From a virus (taxonomy: Duplodnaviria > Caudoviricetes): DNA of 41,267 nucleotides. The translations under genes were made by a program, and so were the position numbers. The stretch covers positions 1-41,267 of IMG/VR virus record IMGVR_UViG_3300033076_001172, one strand, 5' to 3'. Below, piece by piece: positions 23,957 to 32,317 of this stretch (position 1 is its first letter; each line of letters starts with the position of its first letter). Below the pieces are notes generated by a model, which worked only from the letters and a program-made list of their open reading frames with translations, was not told the origin of the DNA and did not search any database.

Positions 23957-25315
23957 TCAGGCGCGCGCGGCCAGGGTCACGAACGGAGAGAGGGTCGGGC
24001 CGCCGTTCTGCGGGGTGATCGGCGACGCGAGCCACGGCCGGCCGTCGTTGCGCTGGATCACCCGGATCGCGGTCTGATCCCGAGTGAACCGGACGTGCTC
24101 CGAGGTGTCCATCGACATCGCGTCCCGCTGGCCGACGAGGTAGAACGAGAAGTCGATCAGCGACAGGTCACCCTGCTGGCCGAGGTAGCCCGGCGTCTTC
24201 TCCGTCCGGATCACCGGCAAGCCCAGCAGCGTCAGGACCGGGCGCTGGCGGCCGTCCATCAGCCACACCGCCGAACCGCCCGTGCCGACGGACAGCGCCA
24301 TGGTCGCGAGCTCGGAGAACGTGTCCGGCGACGCGAGCCACACGGCGTTGTCGATGCTGTTCGGGAGCAGTCGGGAGTACATCGCGATGACGTTCTCCCA
24401 CACGATCGTCGCGGCACCCTGGCCGGTGGCCTTCGCCTGAACGATCAGGCCCTGGTTCTGGTTGCTCAGCACGCCCTGCGGTTCGCCGGCGCCGGTGCCC
24501 TTCATGTAGTCCGTGTCCTCGAACCACGCCATGGCCTGCGGCATGCGCTGGTTCATGAACGCGCCGAGCGCCCCGCCTGCGTCACGGATGATCTCGTTGT
24601 TCACGTAGGCGAGCGCCGTCTGCTTGGTTGGTTCCAGCTTGACCCGGCCGAACTTCGCCTGCGACTCGACGAACTCCTCGCCCTCCGCCTTGCGGTAGAC
24701 GACGATCCCGCCGAACACGCTGGACTGGTTGCTGGTGGCGTCGACGGTCGGGAACGTCAGCGACGCTGACGACATCGGGATGACCGTCGCGCGAGGCTTG
24801 ACGATCGACGTCTCCAGCTCCAGCGCCAGCAGCTGCTGACGGAACTCTTCCGGCACGAGGAAGCCACCCGAGTCCGGGACCCTGACCGAGTACTCGTTCA
24901 GCAGGCCGAGCTTCGCGTCGAGGTCGGCGTTCAGGCCGGCGGGGCGCGCGTGCCAGATGGTGTTCACGAACTCGCCGACGTTGCGGAACTTCCCGTTGAG
25001 CGCGGCACCGGGAGCCGTCTCCGGATCCCCGACGGGCTTCGCCTTGGCTCCGGCCAGCAGGGCGGCGTTGACGGCCGGAGCCTTGCCGACGTCGCGGCCC
25101 TGCTCGTTGAAGAAGTCGACGAGCGCGGACTGCGTGTACTGCTCGACCTGCTTCGCCATGTCGGCGCGCTCGGCAGTCTGCGCGTCGACGTAGGCGCTCA
25201 GGTTCTCTTTGAACGTTCCGTCCGCCATGGCCGCGCCGAGCTTGGCCGGTTCGTCGATGGTCTCCAGATAGCTCGTCCACTCGGCGGTGGTCTTCGGGAG
25301 TGCGCGACTGGTCAC
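23957..25315 (-). CDS. Major capsid protein (HK97 fold)
   Basis: DSGGFLVPEEF, EGEE...FGRVKLEPTK, GTGAGEPQG, LLGLPVI and FTRDQTAIR motifs. GAAAGAGG RBS before GTG 25315. Confidence 0.93.
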   Translation of the reverse strand: MTSRALPKTTAEWTSYLETIDEPAKLGAAMADGTFKENLSAYVDAQTAERADMAKQVEQYTQSALVDFFNEQGRDVGKAPAVNAALLAGAKAKPVGDPETAPGAALNGKFRNVGEFVNTIWHARPAGLNADLDAKLGLLNEYSVRVPDSGGFLVPEEFRQQLLALELETSIVKPRATVIPMSSASLTFPTVDATSNQSSVFGGIVVYRKAEGEEFVESQAKFGRVKLEPTKQTALAYVNNEIIRDAGGALGAFMNQRMPQAMAWFEDTDYMKGTGAGEPQGVLSNQNQGLIVQAKATGQGAATIVWENVIAMYSRLLPNSIDNAVWLASPDTFSELATMALSVGTGGSAVWLMDGRQRPVLTLLGLPVIRTEKTPGYLGQQGDLSLIDFSFYLVGQRDAMSMDTSEHVRFTRDQTAIRVIQRNDGRPWLASPITPQNGGPTLSPFVTLAARA

Positions 25316-26166
25316 GCTAGAACCTCTTTCATCAGGTTGGCGAACGCCGCGCGATCCCATTGGGCGGCGGTGACTTCAGGCGGTGCGGGGGTGATGCTGC
25401 TCTCGACGCGCGCGGCGACAGCCTCGGGGAGGACGGCGGTCCATCCGGCCAGGAACCGCGCCGTGCGCGCGTCCATCGGCGCATGCGGATCCTCGTCCGG
25501 ATCGTCGTCCTCTTCGTCGCCGCCGACGATCTCGTCCACCAAGCCGGCGTCGAGCGCTTCGGTGCCGGTGTACCAGACTCCGTCCTCGCCGTTCTCGGTC
25601 ATGCGGCTACGCCAGTACTCCGGATCCTCTCCGGCGCGCTCGGCGTACATGTCGGCGATGTTGTCGCTGACTTTCGCCAGCAGATCGATCGCGCGCTGAT
25701 GAGTGCTGGCCGATCCGAACGTCATGGTCATGGCGTCATGGATCATGATCATGGCATTGCGGGAGGCGCGCACCCGATCCCCGGCAAGCATGATGAACGA
25801 GGCGGCGGACGCGGCCAGCCCATCGACGTAGACAGTCACGACGCCGGGATGCCGGGCGAGTAGCGAGTGGATCGCCACCCCATCGAACACGTCACCGCCA
25901 CCGGAGTTGATCCGCACGTCGATCGGGCCGGGGCCGAGCTCGCGCAGTGCGGCGGCGACGTCGGCCGCGCCGATCCCGTCAGCGAGCCACCCCCCGCCAC
26001 CGATCCGCCCGTAGATCATCAGCTCGCCCGGCGCCTCAGCTTCCGGCCGCGCGCGCATCGACAGTCCGACAACCTCGCCGAGCGGGCGCTCTCCGCCGGG
26101 CCGCGCCATGGCGAAGTCGACAGCAGGGGTGAGCGCGTCGAGGATCGCGCGCCGCCGCTTGTTCAT
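25312..26166 (-). CDS. Capsid maturation protease, ClpP-like
   Basis: RINSGGGDVFDG, DGLAASAAS, MIHDA and EALDAGLVD motifs. Confidence 0.93.
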   Translation of the reverse strand: MNKRRRAILDALTPAVDFAMARPGGERPLGEVVGLSMRARPEAEAPGELMIYGRIGGGGWLADGIGAADVAAALRELGPGPIDVRINSGGGDVFDGVAIHSLLARHPGVVTVYVDGLAASAASFIMLAGDRVRASRNAMIMIHDAMTMTFGSASTHQRAIDLLAKVSDNIADMYAERAGEDPEYWRSRMTENGEDGVWYTGTEALDAGLVDEIVGGDEEDDDPDEDPHAPMDARTARFLAGWTAVLPEAVAARVESSITPAPPEVTAAQWDRAAFANLMKEVLA

Positions 26167-26405
26167 GAGCCACCCCTACGTTTCGTCACGGTGCACCTGC
26201 ACCGATTTCCGTACTCCGCACCGACGCACTTGATGTAGCCGCGTCCACCAGGATAATCCGCGTACGCCGAGGCCCGGTTGCGATACAGCCTACCGTCATT
26301 GCTCTTGCACGGTTTGCACACGTTGCCGTCGCTCTTCGCCGCAACTTTCCAGCGCATCGCGTTCTCGATCGCGGCCAGGGCGCGCGCGAACCCGGAGGCG
26401 AACAT
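26163..26405 (-). CDS. Stand-alone MuF-like (minor head) C-terminal domain
   Basis: DGNVCKPCKSNDG...NRCRC cysteine pattern, between portal and protease. Confidence 0.6.
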   Translation of the reverse strand: MFASGFARALAAIENAMRWKVAAKSDGNVCKPCKSNDGRLYRNRASAYADYPGGRGYIKCVGAEYGNRCRCTVTKRRGGS

Positions 26406-26407
26406 CG

Positions 26408-26686
26408 CTACTCCACGCACCACGTGAAGTAACGGCGCCGATCGCGCTCGCTGCGGTCGCGACAGTCCTGCTCAGTGTCGAGACGCAGCGCCGACAGCTG
26501 CATGCGCTCCGGCAGGTCCGGATCGACGATGATCGTCATCCACGTCCCGCCGAGCGCTTCGTCATCCTGGTCCACGGACCGGATGATCCCGGCGTGATCC
26601 CACGTCCCACCGTCTTTGATCACCCGGACCGGCAGGCCCGGAACGGGTGCGACGTAGGCGGGGCGCGCGGTCTTCTTACTCGCCAT
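26408..26686 (-). CDS. Hypothetical protein
   Basis: AGGAGG RBS, overlapping the end of the portal gene. Confidence 0.7.
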   Translation of the reverse strand: MASKKTARPAYVAPVPGLPVRVIKDGGTWDHAGIIRSVDQDDEALGGTWMTIIVDPDLPERMQLSALRLDTEQDCRDRSERDRRRYFTWCVE

Positions 26687-27974
26687 CGGGCGGAACCTCC
26701 TGAGGCTGCGTACCCTGCTGGCCGGGCATCGGTGGCGGGGCGATCGGTTCGGGTTTGGTGACGGTCATCGGCGGGAGGCCGCACACTTCGGCAGCCTGCG
26801 CCGGATCAACGCCCTCGCGCACGAGCACGGCGAACGCCTCGGTCTGAAACTTCAGGTCAGCACGATCGGATTCGGCATCGGCCGGCACCGGGTTGCGGTA
26901 GTGGAATTCGTAGCCCTGCCACGCCTTGCCGAACATCGGCAGGAACTGCGTGTTGAGCAGGGCTTTCCAGTCTTCGAGGCGCGGGATGGTCAGCGTCTCC
27001 GCCATGAACGCCTTGAGCGCGGTGGCGGAGGCGCGGTTCACGTCGTCAACATCGCCGAGCCCGAATTTCGGGAAGCCGTACGCGTCGAAGATCGCATCGC
27101 GCGTGAGTTGCTTCGACTCCACGAATTGCATGTCGCGCTGGCTGTAAGACAGCGGCGTGAACTCGCCCTCCTCGAGGACGGCCACGCGCCCGGCGTTCGC
27201 GATCCCCTGATGATTGGCGCGCCATCGCTCCATCAGCGAATCGAATTCGGTGTCGCCGAGACGCCGCCCGACCGTGATGATCCCGCCGGGCTGGGCGGCG
27301 TTGCGGTAGTTCGCTGCCTGCCAAGCGGCCTGAGCGTCGCTCTGCGCGAGATCACGAGATAGTGCGCCGAGCGGACCCATCCCCCGCGTCCAGTCCATCG
27401 AGTCCGGCGAGAACGACGTGATCACGTCGCCGGTCTCCAGCGGAACCTCTTCCCCGTCCGGCCCGCGATACAGGTACCCGGCGATCATCTTCTTGTCGCT
27501 CGGGACCGGGAACATCCGATCAGGGCGCACCGGCCAGAGCTGCACGGGGATGCCGGCGAACCTGGTGACGACGAACCACAGTTCCCCGCACAGGTCTTTA
27601 TGCTGCTGGAGCCCGGCCACCATGAACGGCCGGGTCATGTACGGGACGGCTCCGCCGGTCGGGTTGTTCCAGACTTTCAGCGGGGCGGCGTTCGCGGCCT
27701 GCTGACCGGTGAGGGGTTCGGGATCGGCGTCGGGATCGTCGCTCTTGCGGCACAGGTCCCACTCGACGAGCGACACCATGCGCCCGAGCTTCGTCACCAC
27801 CCCGTGAAGCGTGGCCGTGGTGTCGTTGAGCGCAGCGAGATCGGAGCGCCGATCGCGCCGGAACCATTCCCCGGAGCCCATGCCCGCGGCTAGCCGGTTG
27901 CCACTGGCCCAGCGGGGGGCAAGCGGGACGGGCGAATCCGCCACGATCCCGCCGAACAGTGACCTGATGCTCAT
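26676..27974 (-). CDS. Portal protein (HK97 family)
   Basis: LWPVRPDRM, RGMGPL, NAAQPGGII, NAGRVAVLEEG and RDMQFVE motifs. Start set at ATG 27974. Confidence 0.93.
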   Translation of the reverse strand: MSIRSLFGGIVADSPVPLAPRWASGNRLAAGMGSGEWFRRDRRSDLAALNDTTATLHGVVTKLGRMVSLVEWDLCRKSDDPDADPEPLTGQQAANAAPLKVWNNPTGGAVPYMTRPFMVAGLQQHKDLCGELWFVVTRFAGIPVQLWPVRPDRMFPVPSDKKMIAGYLYRGPDGEEVPLETGDVITSFSPDSMDWTRGMGPLGALSRDLAQSDAQAAWQAANYRNAAQPGGIITVGRRLGDTEFDSLMERWRANHQGIANAGRVAVLEEGEFTPLSYSQRDMQFVESKQLTRDAIFDAYGFPKFGLGDVDDVNRASATALKAFMAETLTIPRLEDWKALLNTQFLPMFGKAWQGYEFHYRNPVPADAESDRADLKFQTEAFAVLVREGVDPAQAAEVCGLPPMTVTKPEPIAPPPMPGQQGTQPQEVPPDGE

Positions 27975-27991
27975 GCCGCGAGGATACCGCA

Positions 27992-28025
27992 GAAACGCCC
28001 CGACCTGATCAGGTCGGGGCGTTTC
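27992..28025. repeat. Perfect 34-bp palindrome/terminator centred on CCTGATCAGG
   Basis: GAAACGCCCCGACCTGATCAGGTCGGGGCGTTTC. Confidence 0.85.
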
Positions 28026-28038
28026 GCGGTGCGCTCGA

Positions 28039-28698
28039 TCAGCGCTCGGATTTGGCGATGACCAGTCCGAGGTCGATTTCGCGCCGTTCATCTTCGGTGA
28101 GCTCCGGCGGGGCGACGTTCTTGTTGCGCTCGATCCACTTGTCCAGCAGGACGCGCCCGGACACCCCGAACTGCTCACGGTGCCACGCGCGGTGCGCTTC
28201 AGCGAACTCGTACGGGGTGGTGTTCTCGATGCGCTTCGCCCCCTCGCAGTACGGCGGGACCTTGTCGTACGTCGATCCCGGTTTGGCGATCACGAACCAC
28301 AGCGCCTTCCCGCCCTCGTGGCGCGGCGAGTAGCAGCGCACGACGCCGGACACTGCGGCGCCGTCGGGAGCCACCCCGAAGCGCTGCACCTGGCCGACAC
28401 TCACGCGCTCCTCCCCGTCGAGCGGGACGAACGACTCACGCGCGTACTTGACGCGCTTCGGCTCGCTCTTGCGTAGCGGACCGGACGCGCGCGCAACGTC
28501 GTCCAGGAAGGTGACGACGCGTTCCGGGAAGTCGGTCGGTTCGCTCGGCTTGCCGGCCTGCACCCATGCGTCCGCCTCCTGGCCGCCCAGCGAGAGTGTG
28601 GCCTGGAATGCTCCGGCCCGAATCGCCCAGTCTCCGCGCTCGCTGTGCGTGACGTTCGCACGGAAGGTCTTGCGCCCGGCTCGCTTCGCGTACTCCAC
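28039..28698 (-). CDS. Cassette hypothetical protein
   Basis: GTG start after GAGAGGGGCGAAC, with its own promoter and terminator. Confidence 0.75.
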   Translation of the reverse strand: MEYAKRAGRKTFRANVTHSERGDWAIRAGAFQATLSLGGQEADAWVQAGKPSEPTDFPERVVTFLDDVARASGPLRKSEPKRVKYARESFVPLDGEERVSVGQVQRFGVAPDGAAVSGVVRCYSPRHEGGKALWFVIAKPGSTYDKVPPYCEGAKRIENTTPYEFAEAHRAWHREQFGVSGRVLLDKWIERNKNVAPPELTEDERREIDLGLVIAKSER

Positions 28699-28726
28699 TG
28701 TTCGCCCCTCTCGATCGCGTACCACC

Positions 28727-28755
28727 AATCTAGCACGCAAGAATCAGGGGCGCAA
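28727..28755 (-). promoter_or_regulatory. Cassette-family promoter
   Basis: TTGCGC-CCCTGATTCTTGCGTGC-TAGATT. Confidence 0.78.
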
Positions 28756-28758
28756 GAA

Positions 28759-28788
28759 AACGCCCCGGCCTGATCAGGTCGGGGCGTT
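28759..28788. terminator. Palindrome/terminator nearly identical to 27994-28023
   Basis: AACGCCCCGGCCTGATCAGGTCGGGGCGTT. Confidence 0.8.
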
Positions 28789-28804
28789 CGAGTGGTGCGA
28801 GGTG

Positions 28805-28984
28805 TCAGGGGAGGTCGATCCACACGCCGAGAAAGTCAGAGTAGATCTCGCGCTCGCTGGCTTCCGCCGCCTTGACGACGAGGGCGATAGCGTCCTTGAC
28901 GCCATCCTGGGTCATGTCGAACTGCTCTCCGATCGCGCTCTCGATAGCGGAGATGCCGCTCGGCCTGATGATCTCGCCGTCCAT
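28805..28984 (-). CDS. 59-aa acidic cassette protein (not in the ORF track)
   Basis: MDGEIIRPSGISAIESAIGEQFDMTQDGVKDAIALVVKAAEASEREIYSDFLGVWIDLP, preceded by GAGGGGCGAA. Confidence 0.75.
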   Translation of the reverse strand: MDGEIIRPSGISAIESAIGEQFDMTQDGVKDAIALVVKAAEASEREIYSDFLGVWIDLP

Positions 28985-29023
28985 GTTTCGCCCCTCACTT
29001 CGCTGATCCCTACTGACACACCA

Positions 29024-29052
29024 AATCTAGCACGCAGAAATCCGAGACGCAA
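29024..29052 (-). promoter_or_regulatory. Cassette-family promoter
   Basis: TTGCGT-N17-TAGATT. Confidence 0.75.
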
Positions 29053-29055
29053 GAA

Positions 29056-29382
29056 TCAGTGGCGGCGGAGTTCCAGGAAGAACAGGGAGAGGCCGAGCGC
29101 GATCAGGCCGGCAGTCACCCCGTGGCGCCACGCCGCGTACGTGAACGCGGCCAGACCCCCGGCCACCAGCCCGTGGCGCTGCATGAGTGTGGCCAGCAAC
29201 GCGAGCACGAACAGGGCGGTGCGCGCGCTCGCGTTGCCGACTGACCGGAGCGCCCGCTTTGCTCGCAACCCTGCGAGAGCGATTGCCCGAGGTCTGGCCG
29301 CGAGCGAAGCGTCACGCTCGGCCAGCAGGGGGGCGAGTGTGACTCGGGGGCGCGGGGGAGCGCTCGCTCCGATCGTGACCAT
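29056..29382 (-). CDS. Small membrane protein of the kind often found between terminase and portal
   Basis: Hydrophobic C-terminus (GLAAFTYAAW...GLIALGLSLFFLE). Leaderless start 7 nt after TATGGT. Confidence 0.7.
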   Translation of the reverse strand: MVTIGASAPPRPRVTLAPLLAERDASLAARPRAIALAGLRAKRALRSVGNASARTALFVLALLATLMQRHGLVAGGLAAFTYAAWRHGVTAGLIALGLSLFFLELRRH

Positions 29383-29399
29383 GCCGTCCACCATACAGT

Positions 29400-29430
29400 G
29401 AAGCGCGCCCCCGCGATGGGAGCGCGCTTC
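29400..29430. terminator. Hairpin
   Basis: GAAGCGCGC...GCGCGCTTC. Confidence 0.65.
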
Positions 29431-29443
29431 GTGTCGCTGGGTT

Positions 29444-29635
29444 TCACCAGCCGGGGAAGCCGGCCTCTCGCTGGCTAGCTGCGTGCCGGTCCATCGCGCT
29501 CTCGACTCGATCCGCGAAGCCCAGCGTCTCGGCCTGCGCCATCAGCTCCCGGTACGATCCGTTCTCGATGGCCGCGCCCATCAGTAGCGTGATCAGAGCG
29601 TCTTCGGTGGCTTGCGGCAACTCTTCGTTCGGCAT
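29444..29635 (-). CDS. Cassette hypothetical protein
   Basis: Leaderless ATG 6 nt after TAGATT. Confidence 0.72.
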   Translation of the reverse strand: MPNEELPQATEDALITLLMGAAIENGSYRELMAQAETLGFADRVESAMDRHAASQREAGFPGW

Positions 29636-29641
29636 GCAACT

Positions 29642-29688
29642 AATCTAGCACGCACGAATCAGGGGCGCAAGAATCTGCGCCCCTGATT
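29642..29688 (-). promoter_or_regulatory. Cassette-family promoter overlapped by a hairpin
   Basis: TTGCGC-N17-TAGATT, with the inverted repeat AATCAGGGGCGCA-AGAATC-TGCGCCCCTGATT. Confidence 0.75.
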
Positions 29689-29698
29689 TTTCGCCGGC

Positions 29699-29953
29699 TC
29701 ACTCCGGCGCGTGCAACTCGGGATTGTGATAGCGCGCCGTGCGCGCCCACCCGGTGCGCACGATCCTGCCCGTGTCGACGAGCGTGCCGAGCGTCTGCCG
29801 GAACTGTTCGCGCGACCACCACGTTCCGCGCGCGCGAATCTCAGCCTGGATCTGACAGCCCGGCAGCGAGCGCGCGCCGAGCACGTCGAGAAAGATGCGC
29901 TCGCGATCGGCGTAGATCGCGCTCCAGCGCGCGTTCAGTTCCGCGCGCTTCAC
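29699..29953 (-). CDS. Putative winged-helix protein
   Basis: LGTLVDTGRIVRTG...RY motif and GTGA overlap. Confidence 0.6.
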   Translation of the reverse strand: MKRAELNARWSAIYADRERIFLDVLGARSLPGCQIQAEIRARGTWWSREQFRQTLGTLVDTGRIVRTGWARTARYHNPELHAPE

Positions 29954-30141
29954 CAGAGATCCCGATCGTAGCTCTCGCTCTTCTTGAAGATCTCGGTGAT
30001 GCGCGCGCGCGCCTTCCCGCGCCCGGCGCGCGCGTCCTCTTTGGCGCGAGCGCGCGCGAGCCGATCCTCGTACGTACTCTCGGCGGCCCACGACGAGCCC
30101 TCGCTGTCGGGGGTCCAGTCCTCCCGCGGCTCGGCCATCAC
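29950..30141 (-). CDS. Small charged protein
   Basis: Coupled overlaps on both sides. Confidence 0.6.
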   Translation of the reverse strand: MMAEPREDWTPDSEGSSWAAESTYEDRLARARAKEDARAGRGKARARITEIFKKSESYDRDLW

Positions 30142-30509
30142 GCACCGGCCAGCGGGATCAGGTTGGTCAGCTGAACGCCGCCGACGCCAAACTTGATGCG
30201 CGCCTCCGCGTAGAGCTTGTCCAGTCCGGCGAAACTGAGTCCGTCATCGTCGACCGTGATGGGCAGGCTGCCCCATCCCACGGTGTTGTTCGGGCTGATC
30301 GCGCTGAAAATCGCGAGGTGCGTCGGACCGGCCGGCTTCTCCGGGGCGAGATGCTGGATCAGCGCATCCCGCAGGTGTTCCAGGTCGGCGCGAGTTTCGC
30401 GCGCGGAGATGAACTGCATCTCTTCGCCGTAGATCGGGATGTTCTCGTCGCCGTCTTCCGGGCCGATCGTCCACGGGCCGACGACGGTAGTGCGTTCGCT
30501 ATTCGTCAT
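30138..30509 (-). CDS. Hypothetical protein
   Basis: Leaderless ATG 6 nt after TAGAAT. Confidence 0.72.
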   Translation of the reverse strand: MTNSERTTVVGPWTIGPEDGDENIPIYGEEMQFISARETRADLEHLRDALIQHLAPEKPAGPTHLAIFSAISPNNTVGWGSLPITVDDDGLSFAGLDKLYAEARIKFGVGGVQLTNLIPLAGA

Positions 30510-30515
30510 GCTCTG

Positions 30516-30570
30516 ATTCTACGGTGCTGGATTCATGAACACAAGAGGCGCACCCCGGAGGATGCGCCTC
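30516..30570 (-). promoter_or_regulatory. Terminator hairpin (30545-30570) abutting a cassette-family promoter
   Basis: GAGGCGCATCC-TCCG-GGGTGCGCCTC, then TTGTGT-N17-TAGAAT. Confidence 0.7.
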
Positions 30571-30594
30571 GATCGTGCCCTGCTGGCCGGCGAA

Positions 30595-30903
30595 TCAGGG
30601 GAGCGCCTGCCGTGGAGTCATGTCGCACCCCTGACCGCACGTGCATGGCTTGCACGAGCGCCACGAACCATGATCCACAACCCCTCCCCCACAGTTCTCC
30701 GGCTCTGCCCCTCTCGCGTCCGTGAGCTGCAAAAACTCCTCTTCTCCCTCGATCCAGTCGTCGTCGGGGGAGGGGTTGTCGATCTTGCGATACGGCCCGT
30801 ACCGCTCCATGATCATGTAGAACGCGGTGGCCAGGATCGCGAAGATCAGCAACGCGACCGGGCCACCCCATCCGCGATCGAACTCTTCAGCGGCCAGCAC
30901 CAT
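30595..30903 (-). CDS. Single-TM protein with a Cys-rich C-terminus
   Basis: TGATG coupling, an N-terminal TM and CKPCTCGQGC. Confidence 0.65.
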   Translation of the reverse strand: MVLAAEEFDRGWGGPVALLIFAILATAFYMIMERYGPYRKIDNPSPDDDWIEGEEEFLQLTDARGAEPENCGGGVVDHGSWRSCKPCTCGQGCDMTPRQALP

Positions 30904-31424
30904 CACACACTCCCGAACAGCATGATCGGGATCGGGGCGACGAAGAATGTCAGCGCCACCACAGCTCCCTCGGTCAGTTCCCCTACCAGCCCGCGACCCA
31001 AATCGGCCAGCACGCCCAGCAGGAACGCGATCAGCCACAGTTTCCAATTGATCCGGCCTGCGCTCGACTTGGGAAAGTTGAGCGTCGCCCACCGGCCCAC
31101 CTTGGCCGATGCCCTGTTCGGTAGGAGGCAGCCCACGGCGTAGATCGCGAGCACTCCGACGCCTGCGCCGATCGCGATGTTGATCGACGTGCCTGCGATG
31201 TACGCGCCGTCCGTCTGATCTAGCAGCCACCCGATCCCATCGCCGAGCTTACCGACGGTCCACTTGTCGGCCGGCGAACCGTCGAATCCATCCCGGAATC
31301 CCGCGATCGCCAGCAGGAACGCGAGCCGATCGCGCAGCGAGTCCTTCCCGATCGACATGTAGTCGATCACGAACGCGAGCATGAGCACGATGAACACGCT
31401 CGTTGGTGTCATGGCGCGATCCAT
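30903..31424 (-). CDS. Multi-pass membrane protein
   Basis: Several hydrophobic helices and TGATG coupling. Confidence 0.72.
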   Translation of the reverse strand: MDRAMTPTSVFIVLMLAFVIDYMSIGKDSLRDRLAFLLAIAGFRDGFDGSPADKWTVGKLGDGIGWLLDQTDGAYIAGTSINIAIGAGVGVLAIYAVGCLLPNRASAKVGRWATLNFPKSSAGRINWKLWLIAFLLGVLADLGRGLVGELTEGAVVALTFFVAPIPIMLFGSV

Positions 31425-31606
31425 CACCACACCGCCCACGAGTTGAAGGCGAGCGCGAGCGTGATCCCGAGCGCGCTCGCGATCCCGAGCGTGAGCGTCA
31501 AGCGCGCGCGCGCGATCTGCGAGTGTCGCCCGTCCAGCTCGTGCGCGCACATTCCGATGAGCGCGCCGCCGGCGAACGCGAGCAACACCGCCCCCGCCGC
31601 GCTCAT
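31424..31606 (-). CDS. Small two-TM protein
   Basis: Two hydrophobic segments, coupled at both ends. Confidence 0.65.
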   Translation of the reverse strand: MSAAGAVLLAFAGGALIGMCAHELDGRHSQIARARLTLTLGIASALGITLALAFNSWAVW

Positions 31607-31848
31607 GCGAGCGCGTCCAGGACGTACTCGCCCTCCGGGTGCGTGTAGACGCTCACGCGCGCGCGCTCGGTTGCGCGCGCGTCGAGTCCGCGGCGGCGCG
31701 CGAACGTCAGGCGCGCGCGCTGAAGCTCGGACTCGGCGATCGCGAGCGCGCGCGCGCCGTCCAGGTCGAGCGCGATCAGGTAGATGCGATCGGTCTCCAC
31801 TTCGTAGTTGTCGTCTTCGTAGAACCTGAGCCGGTATTGCTTCAGCAT
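31603..31848 (-). CDS. Cassette hypothetical protein
   Basis: GAGGGGCGAA at 31851-31860 and a TACAAT -10 at 31880-31885. Confidence 0.72.
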   Translation of the reverse strand: MLKQYRLRFYEDDNYEVETDRIYLIALDLDGARALAIAESELQRARLTFARRRGLDARATERARVSVYTHPEGEYVLDALA

Positions 31849-31891
31849 GATTCGCCCCTCACTGATTGATCGTTGCCAGATTGTAGCACGA

Positions 31892-31925
31892 ATCAGGGGC
31901 GCACCCCGGAGAGTGCGCCCCTGAT
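31892..31925 (-). terminator. Terminator hairpin with a C(UCCG)G loop
   Basis: ATCAGGGGCGCACTC-TCCG-GGGTGCGCCCCTGAT. Confidence 0.75.
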
Positions 31926-31935
31926 GATCAGCCGG

Positions 31936-32163
31936 CTAGATCAGGTTCCGCTTGATCTTCCCCCACGTAGAGGTGTCCTGCTTCTTCATGGGGATGTGTT
32001 TCTCCTGCGACTTCCGCTGATCCCTGGTCAGCTTGCCCGTCCCGTACGCGCCCTCGTAGGCAGCCTCACCCTGCTTGGCGTGCTGGCCGCCGATCGCTTC
32101 AAGGCGCTTCCGCACCCCCTGCTCCGCCTCGCGCTCGCGCCGGTAGTTGCCCCTGATGCCCAT
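31936..32163 (-). CDS. Small basic protein (75 aa)
   Basis: MGIRGNYRRERE..., TGATG-coupled to the upstream 38-aa ORF. Confidence 0.65.
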   Translation of the reverse strand: MGIRGNYRREREAEQGVRKRLEAIGGQHAKQGEAAYEGAYGTGKLTRDQRKSQEKHIPMKKQDTSTWGKIKRNLI

Positions 32164-32279
32164 CAGTCGCGCCTCGCTTCCTGGCGGTTCACCCCGCGGA
32201 GGTCGGGATCGCGGGCGACCCTCTCGTCCCTCCGCGCCTCCGCCTCTGCCGACTTTGCCTTGCCCTTGTCGTCTGCCAT
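32163..32279 (-). CDS. 38-aa charged peptide (not in the ORF track)
   Basis: MADDKGKAKSAEAEARRDERVARDPDLRGVNRQEARRD, with a leaderless ATG 6 nt after TAGATT. Confidence 0.6.
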   Translation of the reverse strand: MADDKGKAKSAEAEARRDERVARDPDLRGVNRQEARRD

Positions 32280-32285
32280 GCATCT

Positions 32286-32314
32286 AATCTAGCGCGCACG
32301 ATTCATGATCGCAA
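32286..32314 (-). promoter_or_regulatory. Cassette-family promoter directly after the terminase stop
   Basis: TTGCGA-N17-TAGATT. Confidence 0.72.
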
Positions 32315-32317
32315 CAA

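Noticed and set aside
27992-28788. True integron attC sites
   Set aside because: There is no tyrosine recombinase in the window, and the palindromes lack the attC R/L box and extrahelical-base pattern.
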